Assembly (NCBI GenBank): GCA_014730115.1
Contig: WJIU01000045.1
Coordinates: forward strand, 14,085-78,084
Direction: 5' to 3'
DNA: 64,000 bases
From: Candidatus Micrarchaeota archaeon
GTDB lineage: Archaea > Micrarchaeota > Micrarchaeia > Anstonellales > Bilamarchaeaceae
Each line of letters starts with the position of its first letter. The stretch's first letter is position 1. Positions 1-9,660 of this stretch are shown in pieces. The notes below the pieces were generated by a model. That model was given only the letters and a program-made list of their open reading frames with translations, made no database searches and had not been told where the DNA came from. Made by a program: the position numbers and the translations under genes.

Positions 1-1
1 G

Positions 2-721
2 GTGCAGAAAGTGTTTAAAAATGTAATTAGTCAATATCTATTGGGAGAGGCTGTGTTTTTTACCAGAAAGAAAACAGGCGAGAGCCACAGAAAATCGCTG
101 CATTACATGAGAAGGGCCAGAAACCTCTCTGAAAGCCTGCAGAGGCAGGAAAGATTAATCAGGAATGCAAAGGCAGCCTTTCCCGCCTATGCTGCAGCTG
201 CAAAAAGATGCCTGGAGGAATATGCAGGGGAAATTGCTTCCATGCCGGACGGAGGGCCGTACCGGCGCCTGCAGGAAACCGGGAACAGGGCAGAAGACAT
301 TGAGCAGAAACTGGCGGTGGCAAGCTTTGACCTGGCCGAGCTTTACGCCTCTGTTGTGGCACTTGAAAAAGACTGTGTTAAACGCCTGAAGGAACTAAAT
401 GATATCCCAAAACCGGAGAGGGGGCGGGTGTATGTTGGATGGCCGCCTGCGGAGAATTCTGCAGCCGCGGCTGAATTCCTGCAGGTGCTTGCCAGGGACA
501 AAATAAATGCCGGGCAGTCCCTGATTGGAAAGAAAAACCAGGACAATGCTGCCGGCCACTTTGACGACGCCAAGAGCCTGCTGAAAAGGGCCGGCCTGGT
601 CATAGAAAGAATCCAGGCGGATTTTGCAGGGAAAATCGGCTCCGCCACGATGAAATTCATGGAGCTGCTTCCGGAACGGTTCATGGCATATGAAGTGCTG
701 TCCAGATTCAATCTCCGCTGA
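2..721 (+). CDS. hypothetical protein (may continue upstream of window)
   Basis: 239-aa ORF open from the window edge. Helical, Ala/Arg-rich, no motif I recognise. Confidence 0.4.
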   Translation: MQKVFKNVISQYLLGEAVFFTRKKTGESHRKSLHYMRRARNLSESLQRQERLIRNAKAAFPAYAAAAKRCLEEYAGEIASMPDGGPYRRLQETGNRAEDIEQKLAVASFDLAELYASVVALEKDCVKRLKELNDIPKPERGRVYVGWPPAENSAAAAEFLQVLARDKINAGQSLIGKKNQDNAAGHFDDAKSLLKRAGLVIERIQADFAGKIGSATMKFMELLPERFMAYEVLSRFNLR

Positions 722-723
722 TT

Positions 724-1257
724 TCAGTAGAATTCCTTTCCCTTTTCCGATGGCCTGATTCGGAGTTTCCCTTTGAAGTCGAAGCCGCTCAGCTCTTTTC
801 CCTGCATAAGCCTGTCCAGGATTATGGCCAGTGCGGCGACCTCACTGTGGGGCTGGTTTGTAACCGATATGTTGAAATCGGCAAGGCCGTATATTTCCTT
901 TGGGACCTGCCCGGAGCCAACTATCAGAAGCAGTTTTTCATTGGCTTTCATTTTCTTGAGCTTTTCCTGAAGCGGGATTCCATACATGGTAAGATGAACT
1001 GCTGCAAATCCCTGTTTTTTCATTTTCCTGATAGCGCTCCGGGGGCTCTTTTCATAGGAAACAGAAAAGTTTCCGGATGACGTTTTTCCGCCCCATCTTT
1101 CGCAGATTCTTTTGACGCTTTCTTCCAGGCCGGAGTCATGCTGCCCTGTGTATATAAGCGAGTCTGCCCCGAATGCCCTGGCCACCAGCGCAACATGGGT
1201 GGATATCCTTTCGTCCCTCGGAAGCCGGTGGCAGAGGCGCAGAACGATAATTTCCAT
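724..1257 (-). CDS. trm56: tRNA (cytidine56-2'-O)-methyltransferase aTrm56 (SPOUT)
   Basis: ORF 724..1341 trimmed to the internal ATG (MEIIVLRLCHRLPRDERISTHVALVARAFGAD). HLTMYG, IVGSGQVPKEIY and NQPHSEVAALAIILDRL match the aTrm56 family as I remember it. Confidence 0.88.
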   Translation of the reverse strand: MEIIVLRLCHRLPRDERISTHVALVARAFGADSLIYTGQHDSGLEESVKRICERWGGKTSSGNFSVSYEKSPRSAIRKMKKQGFAAVHLTMYGIPLQEKLKKMKANEKLLLIVGSGQVPKEIYGLADFNISVTNQPHSEVAALAIILDRLMQGKELSGFDFKGKLRIRPSEKGKEFY

Positions 1258-1316
1258 GAACTGGATTGAAGAACAGCAAAAAAAATAAATAGAGCAGAAC
1301 CACCCGGCTCTTCTTA

Positions 1317-1550
1317 TCACCGCACCCCCGCATTTCTGCATGGAACTACGGGCGGGGCCCGGCTTGGGGAAAGGCCGGTTACGATACTGTCCAGAACATT
1401 CTGCAGTTCAGCGCTGACGGCTTCCATCTGCCTGTCGTTTTCCGGAAGCCCAGGGGCCTGTTTTACAATTTGCCTTACCTTGTCCGCAAGAGACTGGGGG
1501 GTTCCGGAAGGCGGCGAATCAAGGGCGCGGTCAAGCTCCCTGAGGTCCAC
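1317..1550 (-). CDS. small hypothetical protein (GTG start), doubtful
   Basis: 77-aa ORF upstream of and co-oriented with trm56. Pro/Ser-rich ends with a helical middle (LADKVRQIVKQ..MEAVSAELQNVLDSIV). Lies in a GC-rich stretch that is otherwise unassigned. Confidence 0.25.
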   Translation of the reverse strand: MDLRELDRALDSPPSGTPQSLADKVRQIVKQAPGLPENDRQMEAVSAELQNVLDSIVTGLSPSRAPPVVPCRNAGVR

Positions 1551-1761
1551 ACCCGGCGTGAGGGCATCTGTTGCGCCCTCCGGGACATGCCCTGCCCATC
1601 ATAGGTGGGGCTTGTCGGTCCACAACCTCAAGAAGGCCCTCCAGGCTGGCGGAGCCCGGAGAATCCCTGGCTGAAAACCTCTTCCTGCGTGGATAGTGTT
1701 TTCCTCATAATAAACATCTGCAAACAGCACCTTTAAATCCATAAACAACCGACTTTCCTGC

Positions 1762-3084
1762 ATGTATTTCGGAACCAACGGGGTCAGGGGGCTTTTCAGC
1801 GAGCTGAACCCTTCGCTTGCATTAAAAGTTGCCCAGGCGGTGGGCATGTACTTCAAAAAAGGAAAGATTATAGTGGCAAGGGACTGCCGGCTGACCGGGG
1901 ATGTGCTGCGCTCTGCAGTAGTCTCCGGCCTGGCCAGTGTGGGCTGTGACGTGGTTGAGCTGGGCATAACAAGTGCACCTACCGCGGAGTACATGATAAA
2001 GAAGCTGGATGCAGACGGCTGCATAATCATAACCGCATCCCACAACCCTCCTGAGTGGAATGCACTCAAGGTGGTAGACGGCAAGGGCATTGCAGTATCC
2101 AAAGAAAGGGGAGAAGAGATAGAGAAACTTATGGACAGCATTGGGCTTGCAGAATGGGACAGGGTGGGGAGCATCACCTTTTACGACCGGGCAGTGCCTG
2201 ACCATATCCAGGCAATAAAGGAGCATGTGGACACGGAAAAAATCAGAAAACGGAAGCCAAAGCTGGTCCTGGACTGCGGCAACGGAACCGCATCGGTGAT
2301 TGCGCCCAGGCTTTTCAAGGAGCTTGGCGCTGACATCATAACCCTGAACTCCCATCTGGACGGCCGTTTCCCCGGAAGGCCCAGCGAGCCTTCTGAAAAG
2401 AACGTGCAGGAGCTTATCGCAGCAGTGGAATCCGGCAATGCGGATGCCGGGATTGCCTGGGATGCGGACGGTGACCGTGTAATATTCGTGGATGAGAAAG
2501 GGAACTACGTGATTGGGGACAGGGTATACGCACTCTGTGTACTCTGGAAGCTTTCCGGAAAAAAAGGGGATGCAGTAACCACGGTCGCGACCAGCAGGGC
2601 GGTTGAAGATGTCGCAGAAAGGTTCAGCTGCAGGGTGAGGTACACCGCCATTGGCGCACCCTATCTTTGCGAGGAGATTGTAAGCCGGCCGGCAGTGATA
2701 GGCGGGGAAGAAGTGGGGGGCGTCATCTGGCCGGAACTCAGCCTGGCAAAGGACGGAATGCTCACCGCAGCCAAGCTTGCCGAGGCATTGTGCGAAAAAA
2801 AGCTCAGCAGCTGGCTGGAGGAAATACCTGCCTACCACAATGTAAAGCTGAAGATTGAAGCGCAGGGAGAAAAAAAGAAACAGATTGTGCAGAAGGCCCT
2901 GGACTATGCAAAGGAAAACAACAGGGATTATGTGGACGTTGACGGGGTGCGCATCAATCTTGAAGATTCATGGGTTATAATAAGGCCGTCGGGAACTGAG
3001 GACTACGTCAGGCTTTTTGCAGAAGCAAAAACAAAGGAAAAGGCAGAGCGGCTGGCCGAAGAGTACAGGGCCCTGGTCACCTGA
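1762..3084 (+). CDS. phosphohexomutase (phosphoglucosamine mutase / phosphomannomutase family)
   Basis: Active-site loop ITASHNPPEWNALK, metal loop AWDADGDR, and GEEVGG sugar-binding loop. 440 aa. Confidence 0.9.
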   Translation: MYFGTNGVRGLFSELNPSLALKVAQAVGMYFKKGKIIVARDCRLTGDVLRSAVVSGLASVGCDVVELGITSAPTAEYMIKKLDADGCIIITASHNPPEWNALKVVDGKGIAVSKERGEEIEKLMDSIGLAEWDRVGSITFYDRAVPDHIQAIKEHVDTEKIRKRKPKLVLDCGNGTASVIAPRLFKELGADIITLNSHLDGRFPGRPSEPSEKNVQELIAAVESGNADAGIAWDADGDRVIFVDEKGNYVIGDRVYALCVLWKLSGKKGDAVTTVATSRAVEDVAERFSCRVRYTAIGAPYLCEEIVSRPAVIGGEEVGGVIWPELSLAKDGMLTAAKLAEALCEKKLSSWLEEIPAYHNVKLKIEAQGEKKKQIVQKALDYAKENNRDYVDVDGVRINLEDSWVIIRPSGTEDYVRLFAEAKTKEKAERLAEEYRALVT

Positions 3085-3913
3085 GCAGGGGCAGTATATC
3101 CACCTCGGCAGCAGGATTCAGTATGGAATTTGCTGTGAAAACGCCGTCGGTGAGACCTTTCAGCTTTTCCAGGGAATTCTTCAGGAAGAACCCGTGGGTT
3201 GCTGCGCACAGCACCGTCCTGGCGCCCCCTTTCTTCACGTTTTTTACTGCCTCTATCATTGTCCCCCCGGTTGATATCATGTCGTCCAGGATAAGGACAT
3301 GCTTGTCGCGCACATCAAATTCAGATTCCACCTTTTCAACGGTACGGTAGGCTTCTTCCCCTTCCTGGTATTCGCCCCGGACCTTTTTCATGCTCTTGCC
3401 GCCGAAGTCAGAGACAAGGTAGTTGGCCCCCTGGTCCGGGGAGATGAGTTCCAGCTCCCGGGCTTCAAGCTTTTTCCTGGCATGCTCCACGAGCAGCCTG
3501 TTTGCGCTGCGGTTGTCTATTTTCAGGCCGCCGTATTCGGCCTCGCCTTCCTTTTTCAGGAAATGGCAGTCAACAGTGACCAGCTTGTGGGCTCCGGCGT
3601 GGGAGAGCAGACCGCAAAGCGCCTGTGCGCTAAGGGCCTCCCCTTCCCTGAATGTCTTGTCCTGGCGGGAATAGGGAAGATAGGGGGAGACCAGGGTGGT
3701 CCTTGCCCCTACCCTTTTCAGGGTATCAAGGAGGAAAAGTGCACTGAGAATCTCGGTATCCTGGTTGGGATAAAGGCGGTGGAACAGGCTCACATCCTCT
3801 CCCTGCAGCTCGGAGATTCCGGGTATGCGGACATAGACATCGCTGTCCGGGAACTTCCTGATTTCAACATTTGGTTCCATAACGTCTGAAAAATTCGGGC
3901 TGACAAGATTCAT
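3077..3913 (-). CDS. prs: ribose-phosphate pyrophosphokinase
   Basis: PRPP loop VLILDDMISTGGTM, SPYLPYSRQD and HRLYPNQD. Trimmed to the internal ATG (MNLVSPNF). Confidence 0.88.
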   Translation of the reverse strand: MNLVSPNFSDVMEPNVEIRKFPDSDVYVRIPGISELQGEDVSLFHRLYPNQDTEILSALFLLDTLKRVGARTTLVSPYLPYSRQDKTFREGEALSAQALCGLLSHAGAHKLVTVDCHFLKKEGEAEYGGLKIDNRSANRLLVEHARKKLEARELELISPDQGANYLVSDFGGKSMKKVRGEYQEGEEAYRTVEKVESEFDVRDKHVLILDDMISTGGTMIEAVKNVKKGGARTVLCAATHGFFLKNSLEKLKGLTDGVFTANSILNPAAEVDILPLLR

Positions 3914-3996
3914 GCCCTTCTGTTGTAAGTTAGGGATTAAAAACAGTCGATATTGGCACGTAAACATTTATAATCTCATTGAAACACAAAATTATC

Positions 3997-4965
3997 ATGG
4001 GTTTAAGAGTTATCAGCCTAAGGCACAACGATATCTGCCAATTCAAAAACATCTCGCCCCAGCTCACCCGCAAAAGCCTGGAGAGATTCAAAAGGCTTAC
4101 TGAAAATGGATGTGTCCCGTTGCATCTGCACACCGAAAAGGGTGCCAGAAGCAGTCGCTCAGTATACGTTATTCCCGCATATGGAAGGCTTTCGGATTTG
4201 AGGCTTCCGGACAGCATCAGGGAAAAGGCTTCTGCAATCAGAAGCAGGGAAAACGCTAAAGCAGGTGGAAGATGGGTTGACAGCGACAAGCTGGCTGTGG
4301 ATTCCCTAGGTATACTGCCGGGGACAATTTCCGCCCTGGTAACAAAAATGAAGTTGTCGGAAACCCTTGCAATGAAACATTTTGGGATTGAAGACATCTG
4401 CAGGCTCAAGGCTTTCAGGCTGAACACCAATGCCCATGTTACTGCAAGAGACAATGGCAGGGAGGTGTTGCTTGTAGCCCAGAAAGAAACAACCCCTTCA
4501 GGCAAAAGGATGGGGGATAACGCTCTTCTGTCCGAAAAGACCCGGGGGGGCCTGGCATCAAACGGCATGTTTGATGCTGACGTGATTTCCAGTGAAAAAA
4601 GGGCCGGGGATGCCTGGGAAAGCTGCTGCAGAAAAGAATTTGAAGAGGAAACTGGCATAAGCCTGGAAACAACCAATCCGGATTACCTAGGACTGGTGAT
4701 GGACACCGTCCAGCCTGTGGGGGCGATAGGCATACTCGGGATTCTCAGAGCCGAACTGGAAACAAAGCAGATTGATGAAGCAAGGAAAAAGGCAAACGGC
4801 AGTGCAGGGATTGCAGCTTTGGACACCATACCAATGGAGGGTTCGGCAATGGCAAGATATCTCAGGGAAAACCGGGACTCTATGGTTCCGCAGCTGATTA
4901 CCGGCCTTGTGATTCTGGGCTATGAAAACTGGGGAGCAGAATTTCTCCGCCAGGCCGACAAGTAG
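3997..4965 (+). CDS. hypothetical protein with degenerate Nudix-like box
   Basis: KEFEEETGI resembles the REUxEExGU part of the Nudix box, but the upstream G-x5-E spacing is not met. A TATA-like ATTTATAAT lies about 25 nt upstream of ATG 3997. Confidence 0.5.
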   Translation: MGLRVISLRHNDICQFKNISPQLTRKSLERFKRLTENGCVPLHLHTEKGARSSRSVYVIPAYGRLSDLRLPDSIREKASAIRSRENAKAGGRWVDSDKLAVDSLGILPGTISALVTKMKLSETLAMKHFGIEDICRLKAFRLNTNAHVTARDNGREVLLVAQKETTPSGKRMGDNALLSEKTRGGLASNGMFDADVISSEKRAGDAWESCCRKEFEEETGISLETTNPDYLGLVMDTVQPVGAIGILGILRAELETKQIDEARKKANGSAGIAALDTIPMEGSAMARYLRENRDSMVPQLITGLVILGYENWGAEFLRQADK

Positions 4966-5010
4966 CTTTATAATTTCTATCAGGCAAACCCCGATACAGG
5001 TGAATTCCCG

Positions 5011-5220
5011 ATGATTAAAATCAAGCATGAGGGATGCATATTCTGTGTCGGCTGTTCATCGGTCTGTCCTGTAAATGCAATTGAAGCAGTGGGAACCAGG
5101 ATGAAGCATTATCCCGAAAAATGCATAGACTGCGGCCTCTGTGTAAAGGTGTGTCCTGCGAATGTAATAGAGCTTCACAAGGGCGTCAAAAAGGCCGAAG
5201 ACCTTCCAAAAGAGGACTGA
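5011..5220 (+). CDS. 2x[4Fe-4S] ferredoxin
   Basis: CIFCVGCSSVCP and CIDCGLCVKVCP motifs. 69 aa. Stop lies 4 nt before the reductase gene. Confidence 0.85.
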   Translation: MIKIKHEGCIFCVGCSSVCPVNAIEAVGTRMKHYPEKCIDCGLCVKVCPANVIELHKGVKKAEDLPKED

Positions 5221-5224
5221 GTTC

Positions 5225-6436
5225 ATGGACTTTGACCATGATGTCATAGTAATCGGCGGGGGGCCTGCCGGCTCAACCTTTGCCCGTTATGCTGCGGCAG
5301 AGGGAATGGATGTACTGGTAGTGGACAAAAGAAAGGAAATCGGAGTGCCGGTCCGGTGCGGCGAGGGGCTTGGCGAAAGCGAAATAATCACCGGCGAGGT
5401 TGACCTACCTGGAAGATGCTTTTCCACCAATGTGAGGGGGGCAAGGATATATGCCCCCAACGGAAAATCCTTAACCTGGAAAACCGACGGCACCCAGGGA
5501 TGGGTTCTGGAAAGGAAAATCTTTGACAAATGGCTCTGCGAGCTGGCGGTGGAAAAGGGTGCCAGGGTAAAAGTTTATACAAGGGCAACCGGCCTGCTTA
5601 AGGAAAACGGCAGTATAAACGGTGTCATGCTTTCTGAATCCGGAAAGGGGGAATACCCGGCAAGGGCACCTCTGGTAGTCTCTGCAGAGGGAATGGAATC
5701 AATGATTGCCCGGGAAGCGGGCTTCAACACTGTGCACCGGCTTCAGGATGTGGGAACATGCTACCAGTATGAGATGAAACCAATAGAGCATGAGAACCTC
5801 ATTGAGCTTTATTTCGGAAAGCAGGTAGCCCCCCGGGGCTATGTCTGGATATTTCCCAAGGCCGGCCGCAAGGCCAACGTGGGAGTGGGCATCGGAGGCC
5901 ACCTCACAGACTGGAAGAAAAGAAGCGGAATTGACGGGGCTGCGCCCAAGGAGGTCCTTGACCGTTTCATTGAGAAACGAAAGGGTTTCAGTGATGCAAA
6001 TATCCTTACTGAATTTGGCGGGGTAATATCAGTGGGCGCTCCCATGAAGGAATTCGTAACAGACAATTTCATGGTAATAGGAACCGCGGCAAAGCAGGTG
6101 GACCCAATCCATGGAGGGGGCATTTATCTTGCCATGCATGCAGGCCGGCTTGCCGCAGGAATCGCGGCAAAGGCCCATGAAACAAAGGATTACAGCAAAA
6201 AGACGCTTTATGAATACGAAAAGCTGTGGAGGGAAAGCGAGGGAAAAACCTGCGAGCAGAGGCTGAAGCTGCAGAAAGCCCTTGAAAAGCTGGACGATGA
6301 AGACCTCGACTACATAATCGGCGCAGTTACATACAAGGACCTGGAGCTGGCGATGTCCGGAAAATTTGCAGAGCCGGTCGCAAAAATAGTTGCCGGAAGG
6401 CCCCGGCTTCTGAAAGTGCTGGGAGCCCTCAGGTAG
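5225..6436 (+). CDS. geranylgeranyl reductase family flavoprotein (digeranylgeranylglycerophospholipid reductase-like)
   Basis: VIVIGGGPAGS FAD fold, VRCGEG, RGYVWIFPK and DPIHGGGI. Confidence 0.88.
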   Translation: MDFDHDVIVIGGGPAGSTFARYAAAEGMDVLVVDKRKEIGVPVRCGEGLGESEIITGEVDLPGRCFSTNVRGARIYAPNGKSLTWKTDGTQGWVLERKIFDKWLCELAVEKGARVKVYTRATGLLKENGSINGVMLSESGKGEYPARAPLVVSAEGMESMIAREAGFNTVHRLQDVGTCYQYEMKPIEHENLIELYFGKQVAPRGYVWIFPKAGRKANVGVGIGGHLTDWKKRSGIDGAAPKEVLDRFIEKRKGFSDANILTEFGGVISVGAPMKEFVTDNFMVIGTAAKQVDPIHGGGIYLAMHAGRLAAGIAAKAHETKDYSKKTLYEYEKLWRESEGKTCEQRLKLQKALEKLDDEDLDYIIGAVTYKDLELAMSGKFAEPVAKIVAGRPRLLKVLGALR

Positions 6437-6437
6437 C

Positions 6438-7505
6438 TTACCAGTAGCCCAGCAATTTTCTTTTGAGAATCTCTGCCCTGCATGCAAGCTCGCCGACAGT
6501 ATTGTATACAAGCTCATTGGGCTCGGTCATAGAATAGTCAACAGTGTCGTTGTTTTTGAACTTCCGGAAGTACCATTCCACTGCCCGGTCTCCGGCAATG
6601 GTAACTGCAAGCCTCCTGGCAAAATCCTTTTTCAGGCTGTTTCCCAGCGATTTCCTCCAAAGGGAATTATAGTCTTTTTTGTCAAGAATAGACCTGGCGG
6701 CCAGCCTTCCTGATTCAAGCGCATAGCTGATTCCGAACCCCCTGCAGACATCCTGGAACCCTGCTGCCTCTCCTACCAGCATCTGCCCGCCCTTCTTTGC
6801 AGTGGCCGGAAAATCCACGCTTCCGAAACCGCCGAACGCACTGGCCGGCTCCTTGTCTCCGATATAGCCCCTGATAAAGGAATTCTCCCGGACAAGCCGT
6901 GAATAGTATTCCCTGAGCCTGGGAACATTGGGCTGGGATACACAGTTGACTACCTCAACCAGCCCTCCGCCCATGGGAACAATATAGCAGTACCAGCCCC
7001 GGGGGGAATGACGGTCGTTGTGCATGTAAAAGAAGCGGTCCTCCGGAAATTCTGGAACCTCGTATATTTCCCCGTAGGCAGCTGCATCGCAGCGCATGTG
7101 CCCGGTTGCCACAATATCAGCGGTTTTCTGCCGGGTGTTGAATTCAAATTCCACTCCCATCTCCCTGGCCTCATTGTAAAGGGCCCACTCCAGCGAGCCT
7201 TTTCCCCCCCGCAAAACAAAAGGAACCGGCTCCACAAACGAAAGCTCCCTGATTCCGGTGTTTGGGGTTTCAAGAACCATTTTGGAAAGGAACTGGGCCC
7301 GGTAGCCTTTCGGCCGCAGGCCCATGGAAGAAAACCAGCCGTCCAGGCTCTGACCGGTTATGCTGGTCCTGAGAGCCTGGTAATTGGGGTGAATATGCAT
7401 GCCCACCGATGGCAGCCTTTCCATCACCAGAACGTCTTTTCCGCCTCTTTTGAGGTTGATGGCGGCAGAAAGGCCGGACAGTCCGGCGCCGAGAATTTTT
7501 ATCAT
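6438..7505 (-). CDS. FAD-dependent oxidoreductase, distant geranylgeranyl-reductase/FixC-like
   Basis: N-terminal KILGAGLSGLSAA dinucleotide fold. 355 aa. Sits between the two ferredoxin-reductase modules. Confidence 0.75.
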   Translation of the reverse strand: MIKILGAGLSGLSAAINLKRGGKDVLVMERLPSVGMHIHPNYQALRTSITGQSLDGWFSSMGLRPKGYRAQFLSKMVLETPNTGIRELSFVEPVPFVLRGGKGSLEWALYNEAREMGVEFEFNTRQKTADIVATGHMRCDAAAYGEIYEVPEFPEDRFFYMHNDRHSPRGWYCYIVPMGGGLVEVVNCVSQPNVPRLREYYSRLVRENSFIRGYIGDKEPASAFGGFGSVDFPATAKKGGQMLVGEAAGFQDVCRGFGISYALESGRLAARSILDKKDYNSLWRKSLGNSLKKDFARRLAVTIAGDRAVEWYFRKFKNNDTVDYSMTEPNELVYNTVGELACRAEILKRKLLGYW

Positions 7506-7570
7506 CTTTTAACTAATGGACAGAACGGTTTAATTAATTTTTCAGACAGTGTTTTCCCAGTGTGGTCCTG

Positions 7571-7753
7571 ATGATAGCAATAGATTACCAGAAATGCATC
7601 CTCTGCCGGAACTGCTATTCAGTGTGCCCCTCCGGTGCCATAGAAGTGACAGACACGAGAATCAGAATAAGTCCCGGGAAATGTGTGGACTGCGGGCTAT
7701 GCGTCCAGAACTGCCCGGTGCATGCAATCACGCTCCACAGAAAAAAGAGATGA
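7571..7753 (+). CDS. 2x[4Fe-4S] ferredoxin (paralog of 5011..5220)
   Basis: CILCRNCYSVCP and CVDCGLCVQNCP. A GTG at 7562 is an alternative start. TTTAATTAATTTTT box lies about 30 nt upstream. Confidence 0.85.
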   Translation: MIAIDYQKCILCRNCYSVCPSGAIEVTDTRIRISPGKCVDCGLCVQNCPVHAITLHRKKR

Positions 7754-7757
7754 TAGA

Positions 7758-8993
7758 ATGAAATACGATTATGACGCTGTTGTGATAGGGGGAGGGCCTG
7801 CCGGCTCCACATTTGCGCGGGTTGCGGCAGAATCCGGCATGGAGGTGCTGGTAGTCGACAAAAGAAAGGAGATAGGGGTTCCGGTGAGGTGCGGGGAAGG
7901 GCTCAGGAATTTTGAAGTTATCAGGGAAGGCCTGGAGCTCCCGAAAGCCTGCTATTCTGCCCCGGTGGAGGGGACAAAGGTATACTCCCCGGATGGAACC
8001 GCCCTGGTATGGAAGACCGAGGGTACGAGGGGGTGGGTCCTGGAAAGAAAGACATTCGACAAATGGCTCTGTGAGCTGGCAGTGGACAAAGGAGCAAAAG
8101 TCCGCGTCTATACCAGGGCAGTCGGAATAATAAAAGACGAAAAAGGCAGGCCTGGGGGAGTCCGGCTTTCACATGGGGGAAGAGAGCCGTATGAAGTCCG
8201 GGCTCCGCTGGTTGTATCTGCGGAAGGAATGGAATCAATGATGGCTAGGCAGATGGGCTTCAAGACCGTTCACCAGCTTTATGATGTTGACACCTGCTAC
8301 CAGTACGAGATGGGGCCTTATCCCCATGAGAACCTGATTGAGCTTTATTTCGGAAACAAGATCGCACCGAGGGGGTATGTCTGGATATTCCCCAAGGCCA
8401 AGTCAAAGGCAAATGTTGGAATCGGCATCGGCGGAAGCCTCAACACCGGTAAAAAACAGGGGGGAATGGACGGTGCAACCCCGAAAAGGCTGCTTGACGA
8501 CTTCATCAGCAGCCAGGAAAAGCTGAAAATTGCCTCCACCCTTGATGATTTCGGAGGTGTTATTTCAGTGGGGGCCCCACTGAACGAATTTGTCCAAGAC
8601 AACTGCATGGTGATAGGAACCGCTGCAAAGCAGGTGGACCCGACCCACGGCGGAGGAATTGCCCTGGCAATGGAAAGCGGGGTAATGGCGGCAAAGTTTG
8701 CTGCGGCCGCACACCAGGAAAAAGACTACAGCAGGCAAAGGCTTGCCGGATACGAAAAACAGTGGAAGGAAAGCGCAGGGAAGAAGGTGGCCAAAAGGTT
8801 GCTGGTAAGAAAAGTGCTGGAAAAGCTTAGCGACGACGACCTGAACCACATATTCAACTCAATCGCTGGCAAGGACCTTGAAGCAATAATGGCGGGAAAA
8901 TTCGCAGGCCCGGTTGCCAAGGTAGTTGCCACCAGGCCCCAGCTGCTGGGAGTGCTTGGTGCGCTCATGCCTGAGAAAAAAGAGGGCTCATGA
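7758..8993 (+). CDS. geranylgeranyl reductase family flavoprotein (paralog of 5225..6436)
   Basis: Starts MKYDYDAVVIGGGPAGS at ATG 7758, 4 nt after the ferredoxin stop. Collinear with the first reductase (VRCGEG, RGYVWIFPK, DPTHGGGI). Confidence 0.88.
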   Translation: MKYDYDAVVIGGGPAGSTFARVAAESGMEVLVVDKRKEIGVPVRCGEGLRNFEVIREGLELPKACYSAPVEGTKVYSPDGTALVWKTEGTRGWVLERKTFDKWLCELAVDKGAKVRVYTRAVGIIKDEKGRPGGVRLSHGGREPYEVRAPLVVSAEGMESMMARQMGFKTVHQLYDVDTCYQYEMGPYPHENLIELYFGNKIAPRGYVWIFPKAKSKANVGIGIGGSLNTGKKQGGMDGATPKRLLDDFISSQEKLKIASTLDDFGGVISVGAPLNEFVQDNCMVIGTAAKQVDPTHGGGIALAMESGVMAAKFAAAAHQEKDYSRQRLAGYEKQWKESAGKKVAKRLLVRKVLEKLSDDDLNHIFNSIAGKDLEAIMAGKFAGPVAKVVATRPQLLGVLGALMPEKKEGS

Positions 8994-9641
8994 GCTTTCA
9001 GAACGGTCCTTTTTCCGATAAACCACAGTTATTCTATTATTCCTGCTGTCATATTCAGCAGTCATTGGGAGGGAAGACCTTGCCTGCCCAAGCCTTTCTG
9101 CAAGATGCCTGGCCAGTTCATTCCCGAACTCCGGGAACCATCTTCCTATCCTGCCAATGTCAAACCTTACCGGAGCCTGGTTTGCATAGGCACGCACTGC
9201 AGCTGACATAAATCTCCGGGCCATTGGCTGGAAGACCTCCCGGACATCCTCCTGCAAGGCTCTGGCCCTGAAAACAATCCTTCGCCCCAGCCGGTCAAAG
9301 GTTTCAGCGTCAAACCGCACCGGGCTGTCCACTGAAAGAATCCACCCGGTGGTGCGGGCGGCCCAGTAGTACCTGGAAATCAGAAAATCAGGGTGTTTTC
9401 TTGAAAACCTGTTCATCAGGGCATCCATGTCCACAATCCCCCTGGAACTTACTGAATTTTTCAGATAGTTTCTTAATTCGGAAATCTCAGATGCAGGCGG
9501 CCGCCTGCTGAAATGCTCCCGGATTATTGCATTGACTGAAGCCTGGAAGGCCCTGCCGGCCCTTGCGCCCACTTCGCTGAGGGTAAGAGTCGGAACCCGC
9601 ACAACCGAGGGCGCCCTTCTCACCCTTCTCCCTCTGGCCAT
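8988..9641 (-). CDS. hypothetical Arg-rich protein
   Basis: ORF trimmed to MARGRRVRR. 218 aa, no recognisable motif, and locally higher GC. Confidence 0.5.
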   Translation of the reverse strand: MARGRRVRRAPSVVRVPTLTLSEVGARAGRAFQASVNAIIREHFSRRPPASEISELRNYLKNSVSSRGIVDMDALMNRFSRKHPDFLISRYYWAARTTGWILSVDSPVRFDAETFDRLGRRIVFRARALQEDVREVFQPMARRFMSAAVRAYANQAPVRFDIGRIGRWFPEFGNELARHLAERLGQARSSLPMTAEYDSRNNRITVVYRKKDRSESS

Positions 9642-9660
9642 AAAGAAGTAATGAAAGAGA

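Noticed and set aside
1822-2838. Long antisense and shadow ORFs inside well-supported genes. Examples: 1822..2838, 3299..3889, 3930..4676, 22060..22866, 34233..35027, 46321..47007, 57286..58269, 31262..31876.
   Set aside because: Each lies opposite to, or out of frame with, a gene that has clear family motifs. Their translations are Arg/Ser/Pro/Gly/Leu-rich with low-complexity composition typical of shadow frames.
7549-7761. Alternative 70-aa ORF overlapping the second ferredoxin gene in another frame.
   Set aside because: The frame starting at 7562/7571 gives two perfect CxxCxxCxxxCP clusters, paralogous to the first ferredoxin. The alternative frame has none.
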